NCBI GenBank assembly: GCA_013265495.1
Contig: MU058449.1
Location: 482,176 to 546,175, forward strand
Origin: Vicugna vicugna
Lineage: Eukaryota
Reading direction: 5' to 3'
Length of the DNA: 64,000 nucleotides
Below are positions 14,498 to 27,944 of this stretch, piece by piece. How positions within the stretch are numbered: position 1 is the first letter of the stretch; each line of letters opens with the position of its first letter. The position numbers and the translations under genes were made by a program. The notes under the pieces are model-generated. The model did not search any database. It saw only the letters and a list, made by a program, of their open reading frames with translations, and was not told where the DNA came from.

Positions 14498-15388
14498 CTT
14501 TTTTTATTGACGTATAATCAGTTTACAATGTGTCAATTTCTGGTGTACAGCATAATGTTTCAGTCATACATTTACATACATATATTTGTTTTCATATTAT
14601 TTTTCATTATAGGTTAATACAAGATATTGAATATAGTTCCTTGTGCTATACAGAAGAAACTTGTTGTATATCTATTATATATATATATGCATATATATAG
14701 TAGTTAGTATCTGCAAATCTTGAACCCCCAATTCATCCCTTCCCACCCTCTTCCCCCTCTGGTAACCATAAGTTTGTTTTCTATGGCTGTGAGTCTGTTT
14801 CTGTTTTGTAAATAAGTTCATTAATATCTTTCTTTTTTTAGATTCCACATATAAGTGATATCATATAGTACTTTTTTTTCTCTTTCTGGCTTGCTTCATT
14901 TAGAATGACGATCACCAGGTCCATCCATGTTGCTGCAAATGGCATTATTTTATTCTTTTTATGGCTGAGTAGTATTCCATTGTATAAATATACCACAACT
15001 TCTTTATCCAATTATCTGTGAATGGTTTCCATGTCTTGGCTGTTGGAAATAGTGCTGCTATGAACATTGGGAACATTGGGGTGCATGTATCTTTTTGAAT
15101 TAGAATTCCCTCTAGATATATGCCCAGGAGTAAGATTGCTGTATCTATTTTTAGTCTTTTGAGGAATCTCCGTACTGTTTTCCATAATGGCTGCACCAAA
15201 CTACATTCCCACCAACAGTGTAGGAGGGTTCCCTTTTCTCCATACCTTCTCCATCATTTGTCATTTGTGGACTTCTCAATGATGAGCTTTCTGACTGGTG
15301 TGAGGTGATACCTCATTGTAGTTTTGATTTGCATTTCTCTGGATAAATAGTGATATTGAGCATTATTCATGTGTCTGTTGGCCATTTG
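14498..15388 (-). mobile_element. Younger antisense L1 3' end nested in the old L1
   Basis: ORF2 C-terminus (MVQPLWKTV...MEYYSAIK), a T-tail at the left end, and imperfect flanking repeats tgaata(a/g)aca(c/g)tt. Confidence 0.85.
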
Positions 15389-15847
15389 TGAATAGACAGT
15401 TTTTAAGGAAATGATACAAATAGCCAAAAAACACATGAAATGATGCTTGACATTATTGGTCGTCAGTGAAATGAAAATTGAAGCCACAATGAAATATTAT
15501 TTTGTACCCACTAGAACAGTTAGAATAAAAGAGTAAAATAAGAACAAGTGTTAATGAGGATATGGAGAAATTAGAGCCCTTATACACTGCCAGTGAAAAT
15601 GTAAAATTTAAGACTACTTTAGAAAAGTCTGGCAATTCTACAAACAAGTAAAAATTCGAGTTACTATATATATAATCCAGTAATTCCACTCTGAAGTAAA
15701 TAGCCAAGAGAAATGAAATTACATGTCCACACAAAAAATACATACAAGAATATATATCTCAACATTATTGATAGTAGCCAGAAGGTGGAAATAAACCAAA
15801 TGTTCATCAACTATCTGAATGATAAACAAAATGTGTGATAATACATT

Positions 15848-16386
15848 TTGATGAGTTTGAGGATTTGGGGAGTGATCAAGGAAAAGGTTTGACCACAAGA
15901 TGGCAGTAGCACACACTGAGATTTCTTGGGCAGCACTTTGACAGCTTGTATGGTAGGGAAAGTCCCACACAGCAGGAGACTTTCCAGAGGTAGTGGCCAG
16001 TGCCATCACTCCAAGGGGAAAAGAGCAAGGAAAATCCTGGAGCAGAGGGTAATTAGACAGGGGCATATGTTTCTTGATAATATCTCAGTGGCATGGAAGG
16101 TAGTCTCTGGGTCAGAGAGCCTGGAGGGCAGCAGTGATTTGGAATCTTTTATAATCCCAGGGTTTGTCTTATCCATAGCTAGCAGAAGTTGGGTACAGTT
16201 TTGTGAAGTATACCAATCAAGCAGTTTCTTTATGGTTGTCATTGTGTCTGTTTGGAATGTATTTGAAGCAATTGAACATTAAGCATTTCAATTTGGTGCC
16301 AATGGGCTTGAACTCAAGGTCCTATTTTTTGAAGAAGTAAACAATATACAGATCAATGTACAGGGGCTATCTTTAATTCATTTACA
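15848..16386 (-). mobile_element. Probable older LTR inserted in an L1 3' end
   Basis: Non-L1 block with TG...CA-like ends interrupting otherwise colinear L1 sequence. Confidence 0.45.
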
Positions 16387-16662
16387 TAACACCATAAAGT
16401 GAAATGTTATTCAGCCATGAAAAGAACCAAAGTACAAATACAGGCTACATCAGTATGCTAAGTGAAAGAAAACAGCCACAAAATACCACATTATTTATTA
16501 CTGCATTCATAAGGAAGTCCAGAGTAGGGAAATCTATTGAGCCAGAAAGTAGATTTGTGATTCATCTGAACTAGATGGAGGATATGGGATAGAGGTGATA
16601 GCTAGTGAGTGAAATTTTTTTGAGAAGATAAAAAAGTTGCCTATTTTGATGATTACACATAT

Positions 16663-17072
16663 TGTGAAGGAAAAGCCCAGCTGGGCTAACAAGCTAAGTC
16701 ACAAATCTAAGTGTGATGAGTGTCAGTTTACTGATCTAAGTTCTGCTGGGCTAACTCGTAAATCTGAAGTTTAGCGTCAGTTTACTGGGCTAACAAGCTA
16801 ACTTGTAAATCCAAGCTCAACAAGTGTCAGTAACATGATCTGTTCCAAATTAATAAGCTCCAGTGTACTGATTCCTTGCTTTTTGTTGTTTGAGCCTTAT
16901 TGGCTAATAGCCCCATACTTGGAATTAAATTAACCCTATCTCATGTGCACGTCTTGGAGGTGCTCAGAGCTTCGGAGCAGAAGCCCCTCTGAGCCCGCCG
17001 GTGTAATAAATCTGAGTACTCCAACCCTCCGGGTGGTGCTTGTTTCTTGGCTGGCCTGTCATTTCCGTAACA
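16663..17072 (+). mobile_element. Young ERV solo LTR (410 bp, ERV1-like)
   Basis: TG...CA termini, 4-bp TSD ATAT, U3 tandem repeats (ctgggctaac...aaatct), AATAAA at about 17004, retained CpGs. Confidence 0.88.
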
Positions 17073-17219
17073 ATATCTGTTAATGTATTTAAAAACAGTG
17101 AATCATATACTTTAAATGTGTGAGTTGCATAGTGTGCAAATTATATCTGAGAAAGCTGTTAAAATTTTAAAATGTAATAAAACAATACTTAGCAAACTAG
17201 GCCCCTAAAAGTATGTACT

Positions 17220-17530
17220 TTTTAAATAAAGGAATGGAGAAAGATATACCATGCTAATGCTAATTAAAAGAAAGCTGGAAAAGTTATATTAATTTCAGAA
17301 AAGACATACTTTAAAATGAGAAAAATTATCAAGGATAAAGAAGGGCATTACGTTTTGATAAAGTGATTTCCAAGCAAACAGAACAAATCTTAATATTTAT
17401 GCACCTAACAACAAAGCATCTAAATACCTAGGGTAAAACTGAAAGAATAACAAGGAGAAATAGAAATCCACTGTAATATTTAAGCCTTTAACATCTCTCT
17501 TTCAGTAACAGATTAAAGGCAAGCAGAAAA
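17220..17530 (+). mobile_element. L1 ORF2 endonuclease-region fragment
   Basis: ggaatggagaaagatataccatgc...aaggataaagaagggcattac...aatatttatgcacctaacaac. Confidence 0.7.
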
Positions 17531-18250
17531 TGGATAGAAATCTGGGTCTCAGAAGTGTCCCTACTACTCAGAGAAGAAAGACCTCTGTAGGTTCCTAGAC
17601 ACAGAAACATTATTGTTTCTGCATTATCTGAGAGCTACCCAAATCAATTCAATTATTTTGGCCCAAGTTGCCTTCCTTTCATACTTCTGAAACTGTGCTG
17701 AGATTCATTCAGTTATCATTTTCTTTTGATAGAAGTCTCTCTTGCTGGAAATTTTTTTTCTCTCTTAAACAGAAAAAGTTTAAATGCTTTAAAAATATTT
17801 TCATTTTAAGGTCCATTTTTGTGGGGAAATATTGTTGATCTAGACTACAGAGTCTATATTAGCACTTGAGTCATCTTGAAATCCACATTTTTTTCATAAA
17901 TTGAGGACCTTCTGAAGTATAACCAATAACTTCACTAGATGGTTGATGTGGTGACTCTTTTAGTTTCACAAACATTGATTGCTAATTATTAAGAGGAAAG
18001 TTATAGCTCTGCTAAATAGCCTAACCTGGGTTTAGTGACAATATTCTCTAATATGTCAACATGAATATAAAACAAAACCATGCCTTTATTCTCTATACTG
18101 AAAAGATACAGATTGCTATTACTGAGGTTTCTATCTAGTATCTTAAAATATTATTGATAATATTTAAATTCAAATATCTACATTAGTATGAAATACTCTT
18201 ACTAATATAAAAGTAGGGGAAGAAAAGTTGTGTTTTAGGGTCTCTTTCAC

Positions 18251-19192
18251 CTAAACTTTCTGTTGCTTGAATTTCTTGAGGATTCTGTCACGAATCTTCT
18301 TGGTCTTGACACTGTAGACAATGGGGTTCATGAGGGGTGGCACCAGCAAGTAAACATTAGCCATTAGCACATGGACAATTGGGGAAGCATGCTTCCCATA
18401 GCGATGGACCATCGATAACCCAATCATTGGTGTATAGAAGGTGAGTACAGCACAAATGTGGGAGATGCAGGTATTGAGGGCTTTCATCCTCTCTGTCTTG
18501 GAGGCTATACTCAACACTGTGCCAAGGATGAGAATATAGGAGAGGAGGAGGAGCACTGAATCAAGTCCCATGGAGCAGATGACCACCATGAGGCCATAGA
18601 TGCTGCTCACTCGACGGCTGGATACAGTTGTCTTTATAAGATCTTGGTGCAGGCAGAAGGGGTAGGAGAGAACATTGACAGGATGATATTGGAGCTTCTT
18701 TAGGAGAAAGGAAGCTGGAAAGACCAGAGCCAAAGCCCTTCCAGCAATTACCAAAGCAATCCCAATGATTACATCATTGGTTAGAATGGTTGCGTAGCGC
18801 AGGGGCTCTCGAATTGCTACCAAGCGGTCAAAGGCCATGGCCAACAGCACAGCTGACTCAATAATTGAGAAAACATGAATGAAGTACATTTGGACCAGGC
18901 AAGCATTGAAGGAGATCTCCCGGGCATGGAACCAGAAGACACTGAACATGGTAGGCAAGGTTGTAGTGGATAGGCCCAGGTCAGTAAGTGCCAGCATTGA
19001 TAGAAAGTAATACATTGGTTGGTGGAGGGAAGGCTCAGTTCTGATGATAAATAGAATGGTAATGTTCCCTGCAATGGAGGCAGAGTAAACCAAGAAGATG
19101 GGGAGGGAAATCAAGCCATATCTGCTTTCAAGGCCTGAGAGGCCTGTCAGGAGGAAGCGAGGGTATAGGGCAGAGCTATTGAAGACAGACAT
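18251..19192 (-). CDS. Class I olfactory receptor, family 51, 313 aa (probably OR51P-like by position and remembered sequence)
   Basis: Intact ORF MSVFNSS... with LHQPMYYFL, MAFDRLVAI, FCLHQD, KALNTCISHICAV and PPLMNPIVYSVKT. It lies between OR51L1 and OR52J3. Confidence 0.9.
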   Translation of the reverse strand: MSVFNSSALYPRFLLTGLSGLESRYGLISLPIFLVYSASIAGNITILFIIRTEPSLHQPMYYFLSMLALTDLGLSTTTLPTMFSVFWFHAREISFNACLVQMYFIHVFSIIESAVLLAMAFDRLVAIREPLRYATILTNDVIIGIALVIAGRALALVFPASFLLKKLQYHPVNVLSYPFCLHQDLIKTTVSSRRVSSIYGLMVVICSMGLDSVLLLLSYILILGTVLSIASKTERMKALNTCISHICAVLTFYTPMIGLSMVHRYGKHASPIVHVLMANVYLLVPPLMNPIVYSVKTKKIRDRILKKFKQQKV

Positions 19193-22100
19193 TGTGCTGA
19201 TGGAAGTACCTTCAGTCTAGATGGGGAGACAAGAACATTGGACAATTAGGGTAAATGTCAGTATTGCAAAAAGAAACAATGCTCTGATGCATGCTGCTCT
19301 GTTTACTGTTTTCAGTCATGCCTCTGCTCATTATATATAATTACCACCTGTATTACTTTACCAATTATTTTACTCTTTATTGCACATTTATTGAGAACAT
19401 ATTTTCTTAAAGGAAATCTGGTAGTGTTAAAATATAAAGAAATATATAAGAAATGCCTTCAAATATTTACAACCTAGTGGATAGAGAGTGCTAAAATTAA
19501 AATAAATCATTAATTTAAGGCAATGTCCTTTAAAACACAGTAAGAGGAAACTAACCTGACCCTGGGAGGTCAGGGAAGATTTACTGAAGGTAATTCTTGA
19601 ATTAAGTCTCAAATGACAAATATGAGTTAGATAGAAACAAAAGGCTATGTAAGACATTCTGTGCTGATTGACACCCATGTAAATGCAGAAAGATACTAGT
19701 ATTACAAGTGTAAGTGAATATATTTCAGCAAAGGTATAAGGTAGGGTGGCTCTTCAGATGGTTGTTGGAGCTAAGACTGAATAGAAATGGATCAGAATTT
19801 CTGAAGGAACTAATGTATAAATATAAAGTGCTTGGACTTAAATCTTAGAAGACACAAGATAGTCATTCTAACAAAAAGTGAAGTTTTTGATCAGATTTAT
19901 ATTCTATCACTGTCAAACTACAATCAATGTTAAGAATGGTCTAAATGCAGACAACAGAGAAGGCAGTGAAATCCTTTAAGAGGCTGTTAGAGTAATAACT
20001 TAAAAACAAAAGGATGAAAGCAAATGTAATAGTGGGTATGATAAAGGATAAATAGACACAAAAGTTATATGGGGAGGAAAAAAAAAAAACAAAATAATAG
20101 TCATCACATGCTGAGAATGAGAAAAGGAAAGAAACCCAGGTCAAGTTATTTGGTAGATTTTGATGCCATTTATTGAAACAAACAAAAATTCAGGAGGACC
20201 TGCTTGAAAAGTTGGGGAAGCTAGAGGGTAAGATTAGGATACATTTGAGGTATGTGTGTTGAGAAGCCAGTGGTATACTGGGCTTCATAGAAGGTTGTCA
20301 AAAGGGAAGTTACCCCTACTAAGAGAATTTGAAAGGATGCCTCGTAGAGCAAGGAGAGAGAGAGAGAGAAAAAAAAATGTTCCTGGGGAAAAAAAATCAA
20401 AACTACCACAAAAGGAACTCATGGCATATTATAAGAAGAGTGTAAGAGCCTCAGTTCTTGGGGCTCAGGTGCTCGAGAGATGGAACGCACTGTAGGCCAC
20501 ACAAGAGGCAGAGTTTACCCGGGGTTGGAGAAGATGAGGCATTGTAGTGGGAACCCTGGAGACTCCCATTACTTAGCAACATGATGGCCATCCAATTCCT
20601 GTTACTCTGGGCACCAAACAGCGATAAAATTTTTCACTTAGCATATTTGCCAAAATTCCCAGAGTTTTCCCCAAATTCATAAGGCCCCCAATCTATTTTG
20701 TTTCATTAATATATAATTATACTTTATAGTTTCCTCTGACAGACTTTTTTAAAAAACTAATTTCTTAACCCTTCATGGGGATCATGGTAACTTTTCCAGT
20801 CTGACACCACTTTTTCTTTCTTTTGAGGAGCTGATTCAGTAGGAAGAGCTCTTTATATATTCTTGTCCTGTGATTTATATACTATACTAATCATCACATA
20901 ATAGGCAGTACTGGTCTTCATACACCTCCCTTACCTTCATCGCTTTTTTGGTCACAAACTTCTCCTGGTCCCCTTAATCAACATGGAACAATAACTGCCA
21001 TCACTTTGGCTCTTGCACACAATTATTTTCTTCTTTCTTGATCCCCTTTCTCAAATCTTTGAATACCTTCAGAAACTCCACCCTGCCCAGGTATGCCAGG
21101 TCTTCCCCTTTAGATCACTTTCTCCTACTTCTTCATAGAAAAGTCTCTGATATTCATAATCCTTTTTCCATATAGGAGTCTATTGGCTATAGCCATAAGC
21201 ACTCTGCTTTCGGTGGCTGCTCCTCTAGGGTCACAGAAATTCTGATGATAAATGTCATTCACATCTCCATCACTTTGGAAAGATGAATAAATCTCTTTGA
21301 ACAAACTAGGAATTGTATTTCTTATTTTATATATATATATACACACATATATAATTTATGTAATATTTAAGAGACTTAAGAAAATATATCTAATTTTGTC
21401 ACAGTGTCTGAGATCTAGGAGATACTTTGGGCTTCAGTGAAGCAAAATGTTAATGGAGATGCTGAAGTAGCCACAATCTTAAGCACATCAGCCCTGTACC
21501 ACAGTGATCCAAAAGCAGGTATGACCTGGAGTGCCCAAGTTATCACTTGTAAAGATGTTACTCCTCAGGGCTTCTCTTCAGAATTATTTTGCCTAATTCC
21601 CTTTTTGGCCTGTAATATTGCTAAGTGTGTATAATTTACTTGAGAGTGAGAGGAGGTATTCAAATCATCATCATCATCTTCATCATTATTTTTAACATTA
21701 CAGTTTTTAGTTAATATCAGATAGCAGTGATTTCAGAGCCCAGAGGTTTTAATACATGGATTCCCATTATATGTACTATCTATGCCTGGACTTGAGTTTA
21801 CAGTGGCATCCATCCCAGAACTCTCCTGAGCAGCTTTGAAGAGGATAGTATGGTCCCTTCAGGGAAATGGCAACCCGCACCTCTAACCCATCCCAAAACA
21901 GTGATTTCACAAGAGCAATGGTTAGTCCTACCTCATGACTTTCCTTTCTATTTCCTGAATTCTTCAAATATATTGAGTATTAATCTGTTACCCATTCTTT
22001 ACACCTCAGAAGCCTTCTGTCAGGATAGATAGCCATTTATCCTGCTGTAGGTTGGCTGGGTCTCCAGTCTGCAAACATAGGGTTTCTCGTAGGTAGAGAA

Positions 22101-23633
22101 ACTCACTGAATATGGGCATAAGAGAAGAATCAAAACCACAGTGGATCCTAATGCTGATAGTTCTTCAAGGAACCATGGGTGTGACCAAGTGGGACATCCG
22201 TTTCTCCTTCAGCAACTCCAGGGCCAAGATAGGATATTTTTGGGTTCAGCATCTTTGATTCTATCCAGCTAGGTGCTTTATCAGCACTACACTTCTGTGC
22301 TTTAACTACTGTAATCTGCATGTCTCCTTTTGACTACTCCATTCCCTCAGGACCAATCTTTTTCTTAATGTGACCTCTAGGGAAGATAAATAATGTCATG
22401 GTCATTGGAAGACTGTCTTCTGCTCAGGGAAATGAGGTGATCACGCCAAATTTCCAATCCCAGGGTAATATAAAGGCAAACAGCATGAACTCTAGAACCA
22501 TGACAGGAAGGAGCAAGGACTGTAGATCTAGAGGCCCTTATCTTTGGATCTCATTCTGGCATTCCTTGACTTTGTAACCTAGGAAACATTACTTAGCCAT
22601 TTTTGCCTCTGTTTCCTTATGTATACAATGAGTGCATAATAAATTTATCTGTCTCCTATTTTTTTAATGTTAAATGAGTTAGTATATATATAGCATTTAG
22701 AATATATTAAACACCGAATAACAAATAATCAGAAATTGATTATCTGTTCCTTTGATACAGATTTGTTATTAAATTATTTATTCATAGTATTCTGCCAGTC
22801 TATCAATTCTCTGACCCTGTATTTTGTGCCCTGACCTTAAACTGTTTTCAAAAACCCTGGCAAGTATTTTCAAAGAGTACATCAAATTTCGTAGCCATTA
22901 AGTAATTAAACAGTAAGACTAATTTCTCTGGGTCTGGTCCCATGACTATCAGGCAGCCTTTTAACCATGATTTAGATTTCCATGTATACTTATTTTCAGA
23001 AAGGAAACTCTCTTCCCTTGGGAAGTATGCATCTAGTTTAGAAAAGTTGCATTCCACATATTAATGTAATATGTTGACATTCTAACATATCAAATGGGTT
23101 TGGTTTGGGAGAACTAGCTGTCTATCTTATTAGTCATAAAATATTAATAAGACTGATTTTTTCTGAAAAGGTGAAATAGTCTAGGGAAAATATAAATAAG
23201 AGAACAAACTGATAATCTGTCTGATATTTTTAAACTCTTTTTTACCTCCGTCTAATTCAGTAAGTCTTAGTTAAATGATTAGTTGCTTTGTTCATTTTTT
23301 TCTTGAAGATTACTAATTCCTTATTCCTAGTATTCCAGGATAACATAATTCTCCCAAATCTTGTTTAATATCTTATTTTTCACATATCATTACCATATAT
23401 TTCCATAGCTACATTCATCTTTCTCTTAAATAAAATTTTATAAGCATTGTTCACTGAGCTGATGAGGGAATGAATAGGGCAATGTTCTATCTCAGAATAA
23501 GTTTTCTTTACCAAAAAAAACTAAATGTATTTAAGGAGAGCAGTTGATATTTATTTTATATTTAAGTGTCATCCATACTTAAATTATCTTTAATTAATTC
23601 ACATTATAAAGGAATTAGGATAGTGTCAATGTA

Positions 23634-23639
<6 letters not shown>

Positions 23640-23664
<25 letters not shown>
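23640..23664. repeat. (GT)n microsatellite
   Basis: About 12 perfect GT units. Confidence 0.95.
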
Positions 23665-25357
23665 ATGATAGGAAATCTGGGAAGCTTTCATTTTCCTAAC
23701 ATGATATGTTCACAGGAACACAAGTTCATCATTGATCTTGGTTCAAAGAGTTCACGTGGAGGGTGTGTGAAAGTTGACAATGGAGAGTGATATGGCTTAA
23801 AATGTGCGAGTTAATGAAAACTGGTTATTACATGGAAAAGTATTTGAATTTCATATCCTAATACTGAGCATTTCTTAACTCATCTTATTGGCTGTTGGAG
23901 TTTGTTTTGCTTCCTGAGTCAATTTGTTTATTGAACATAATACAGGCAGCAGGAAATAGAAACCATGGATCTTTTCCTCAAGGCACTTTATTTGGGAAAG
24001 ATCAAACTTTCTCTGAAATAAACTGGTGCTATACATCCAAAATTGGGTATCAAAAAAAAAAAAGATTAAAAAAAGGCAAACAAATAAATAGAACAGAGAG
24101 AAATTTGCATGTGAGACATATTCAAAAGTTCTAACACATAGTGGAGAAGAATAAGAGAAGAGAACAATTTCATTAACTCTTTTAACATTAAGATCATGCA
24201 TTCCATTTTTTTATACATATAGTATTGAAAATAGTAATTGCTACAATAGGTATTTGATACTTCCCAGTATATTTTTTACTAGATTCATGAATAAGCAATA
24301 GTATTTATACTTACAACTATTTATGAGCACTCATGACAGCTGGGGGATACCAGCCCCATAGTGATGTGTTAGAATAGCAGTCATGACCCCATGCTTAAAA
24401 AATTTGTAATACAGCTGAAGAGAAAGTGAATATATATAAAATAATAAAATGTCACCAACAAAAGCATATGTGTAAATCATCTTAACGAAGAAGAAAAAAG
24501 TAATGGGTTATCAACAATAAAAGAATTGAGAAAGATGATATTAAAGATCCACACAGACATGTGGCACAAGAGGAGAAAATGTTATTAAGAGATGAGGATG
24601 GTTATCATGCACAACTCCCAATCTACTCATAGATGAAGACATGAAATCCTGAGCTATAGTACTGAAGAGGAAATCTACACATTTGCCCAGATGTTTAGAT
24701 ATACACTATCAGGCTTTCTTAGGCAATTCCTGTGTGTCTGTCTCAGTATTTGCTGGTGAGTTGAAGAAGCAGATAGATCTACAGTGGCACTGGGAGAAAG
24801 AACACATCACCCAGTGATGAGGTGAAGACTTATTCCATACCCAACAGGAGAGAAGCAGTTCAAAGTCCTTCTAGGAACTCAAGTTCCAAACTTGCCCTAA
24901 GAAGCCAGAAATATTTTCATAAAAAGTTATGACATTTTGGCATGAGAAACAAAATATGGGCAAACGTATTAGAAAAAGAGAAGTTGATTTCTGAGTTTAG
25001 GTCATAAACATGAGAAACTATGTAAACATAGTTACATAAGGAAAATATTGCTATTATCATTAATAACAATGCAATAATATTAACAAATTGTACAGTTTTC
25101 AAAAACAATCTCTTTTACATACATTGTCTATTGTATGCCTCATAATTATCTTGGGGCTAGAAAAGGCCATACTTACAATTTGGCTATGAAAAAATCTGAA
25201 TCTCATAAGGATTGATGGTTAACTGAGATCACGTATCTAGGAAGTGAAGAAATTAGACATTTAACCAGATGATCAAGCTTCAGATAGTTTACTTCTCATC
25301 TACTCAAACAGCTGCCCTAAGATCTTTTCAGTGGAAAACCTGGAGGATAGAGGTTAC

Positions 25358-26305
25358 TTAAAGCTTCCTCCTTAGTCCAAACTTGCGGAGAATTCCTAGA
25401 CGAATCTGCTTTGTCCTGACACTGTAGACAACAGGGTTCAGCAATGGGGGGAGAAGCAGATATATGTCAGCCATGAGGATGTGGACAATGGGAGACAAAT
25501 ACTTCCCAAAGCGATGGACCATTGATACCCCAATAACTGGCACAAAGAAGATGAGTACCACGCAGATATGGGATACACATGTGTTGAGTACCTTTAGCTG
25601 TTCTTCACGAGATGCAATGCCCAGCACAGCCTTCAGAATCAGGGCATAAGAAAGAAGTATAAAGACTGAATCCACACCCAGTGTGGCAATAACTACACAC
25701 AGTCCATAAACACTGTTGATGCTGGCATCCGAGCAGGATAGTTTCAGAACATCCTGGTGCAAACAGAAGGCGTGGGAGAGGGCATTGATGTGGCAGTAGT
25801 GATACTGTCTCAGTAGCAAAGGTGTGGGCAGTACAACTCCCATGCTTCTTAGCAAGCAGGTCAAACCAATCTTGCCTATTACACTGTTGGTGAGGATGGT
25901 GGTGTAGTGCAGTGGACGGCAGATAGCAATGAAACGGTCAAAGGCCATGGCCAGCAGCACTGAGGACTCCAGGAATGTGAATGTACGGATGAAGAAGAGC
26001 TGAACATAGCAAACACTTGCCCGAATCTCCCGAGCATCCAAACATAACACAGCAAGCATGGTGGGAAGTGTGGACAAGGACAAACCTAGGTCAGTTAGTG
26101 CCAAGATGGAAAGAAAGTAATACATGGGCTGCTGGAGGGAAGACTCTGTCCAAATGACAGAGAGGATGCTAACATTACCAATAAATGCTAACAAGTATGC
26201 AAGACAGAATGGGATTGAGAGCCAGGAATGAACATACTCTAGTCCAGGAAAACCCTTCAGAATAAATATAGGCTCCATAGTATCATTGTTACTCCAGACC
26301 ACCAT
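25358..26305 (-). CDS. OR51L1: Olfactory receptor 51L1 orthologue, 315 aa from ATG 26305
   Basis: MVVWSNNDTMEPIFILKGFPGLEYVHSWLS...MAFDRFIAIC...SHAFCLHQD...PPLLNPVVYSVRTKQIRLGILRKFGLRRKL closely matches remembered human OR51L1. Strong Kozak context (accATGG). An in-frame upstream ATG at 26380 would add 25 aa. Confidence 0.92.
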   Translation of the reverse strand: MVVWSNNDTMEPIFILKGFPGLEYVHSWLSIPFCLAYLLAFIGNVSILSVIWTESSLQQPMYYFLSILALTDLGLSLSTLPTMLAVLCLDAREIRASVCYVQLFFIRTFTFLESSVLLAMAFDRFIAICRPLHYTTILTNSVIGKIGLTCLLRSMGVVLPTPLLLRQYHYCHINALSHAFCLHQDVLKLSCSDASINSVYGLCVVIATLGVDSVFILLSYALILKAVLGIASREEQLKVLNTCVSHICVVLIFFVPVIGVSMVHRFGKYLSPIVHILMADIYLLLPPLLNPVVYSVRTKQIRLGILRKFGLRRKL

Positions 26306-27944
26306 GGTGACCCTTGGCAAAGAGTGAGAAATATTTTCTGTTAGCCTTTTTTGTCCCTCAGAGTCATCCCTTGTGAGCATAAGTAGAGCAGTCAGGATAC
26401 ATCTTTCCTCTAATCCCGCTGAAGAAGGAAGGAGTTACAGTTCTTAGGTAAGAAACATTTCCCAGTAGTAATGAGCACCAAATTCTAGAGCAAGAGTGTG
26501 TACTACAGAAATCTGGTCATTTCTGACAAGAACTTTGATGGCTTTGCATTGAGGACACTAAAAAATTTAAGCAGCAAAAGATAAGAGAAAGAAATCTTTA
26601 CTATGTATTATAAAATTACAAACAGAGAAAAGTCAGAGTAAATGTCTCTGGATTTGCATAAGCTTCCAGCCAGTAATGTTCTTGAGTTAACCTTGATTGT
26701 TTCTAGGCTATCTTTTAATTCCTGACAACAGAATTTGTCCTAAGGACTAAACATAATTTCGCTTCCTACTTATTTAATACTTATACAAACTTATATAATA
26801 ATTTATAATGTTAAAAATATTTAATATTTTAATAAAATTCAGTACCCATTATATGAAAAGAGGGCATGAAAAAGAATATATATATATATATATCTCATAA
26901 GGTCACAATGTAACCATTAAAGCTCTTCCTATCTGCCTGCACACAAAATAATATTAAAATAAAAAATGTATATATTTAGTTTAGACATCTATTATATATT
27001 ATGTGTCTTAAATTAGTAATAATGTGTAATATATCCACTTCATTTCTATTTATCATTTCTTGCTTATTTTTCTTTCAAAATGAGGCTGATACATAATCAC
27101 ATTTTTAAAAATATTCAATAAAATATTAAACGTTTTTCTAATTTTTATGCCCCTTTGCACCTACCTCCTTGAACCCAAACAATCTCATAAATGCAGCTCT
27201 AAGTACTCACCATCAGTGGCTCTCAGAAACAACTAAGTATTTTTTCCCTTTTGAAAATGCAGTTCTAACGTCTGGCTTTACTCTCCTTGAGCAATCTTCA
27301 TTGTGATTGCCTCTGCTAATGCTGTCCTTGCTGTACCCTGTGTTGATGGCATTGGGCACAGCAGCTAAGCCCTATGGGATTCGCTGTCCCTTCAGTTCTC
27401 TGTTTCCTTATGTTAGCTGTGTCCAACCCCATTGACTGTCCTGGAGAAAATTCGTCACTTACCTGCTCCTTTAGTGTCTAGACCTCATTGACTTCAGATA
27501 CCTTCACTGCAATGTCTCAGCATCTCCCTCATTCTTCCTATAGACACTTAGTCTCTAACCACTAAAAAACTGAAAGTTCTCAGGCTAAACAATCTGTAAT
27601 TCCAAAGAGGACTTAGGCTTAGCATCTGTACCTGAGAAACAGAAGGAAATACCCAGCCATTCTCTCTCTCCATGCAATAAGAAGGATTTGCTGCTTTCTC
27701 CCTTTTTCCTCCAGTCTGTCCATCCCCATCTTCTAAGAGTCTTGATGTCTCTCTGGTACTCTTCTCCAGCCCCAAGCAGTCTACACTGAGCTTTCACTGG
27801 GACCCCTGGCTTAGATGAAGCAGTCAGCTACTCACTATCTTCTGCATCTGCCAGGCAGAATACTTGCTCAACACATTTATTTTTCTTTACCTCCAAGCAA
27901 CACTTCTTTCCTAGTCTTCAGAATTTACTAAAGCCCTAGTTGAC

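Larger units (their letters stand above)
13344..17165 (+). mobile_element. Old L1M ORF2/3' UTR interrupted by a younger antisense L1 and two LTRs
   Basis: Degenerate ORF2 (YQWNRIE..., YGQPIFNKDAKTIQ) resumes at about 15395, 16390 and 17075. Confidence 0.75.

Noticed and set aside
16680..16830. Short spaced direct repeats resembling a CRISPR-like array
   Set aside because: Three irregular U3 enhancer repeats inside a mammalian LTR.
21750..22420. Possible decayed coding relic (EKPYVC and KGPY peptides on the minus strand)
   Set aside because: No C2H2 spacing and no sustained similarity to a zinc-finger, integrase or OR frame that I can recognise.
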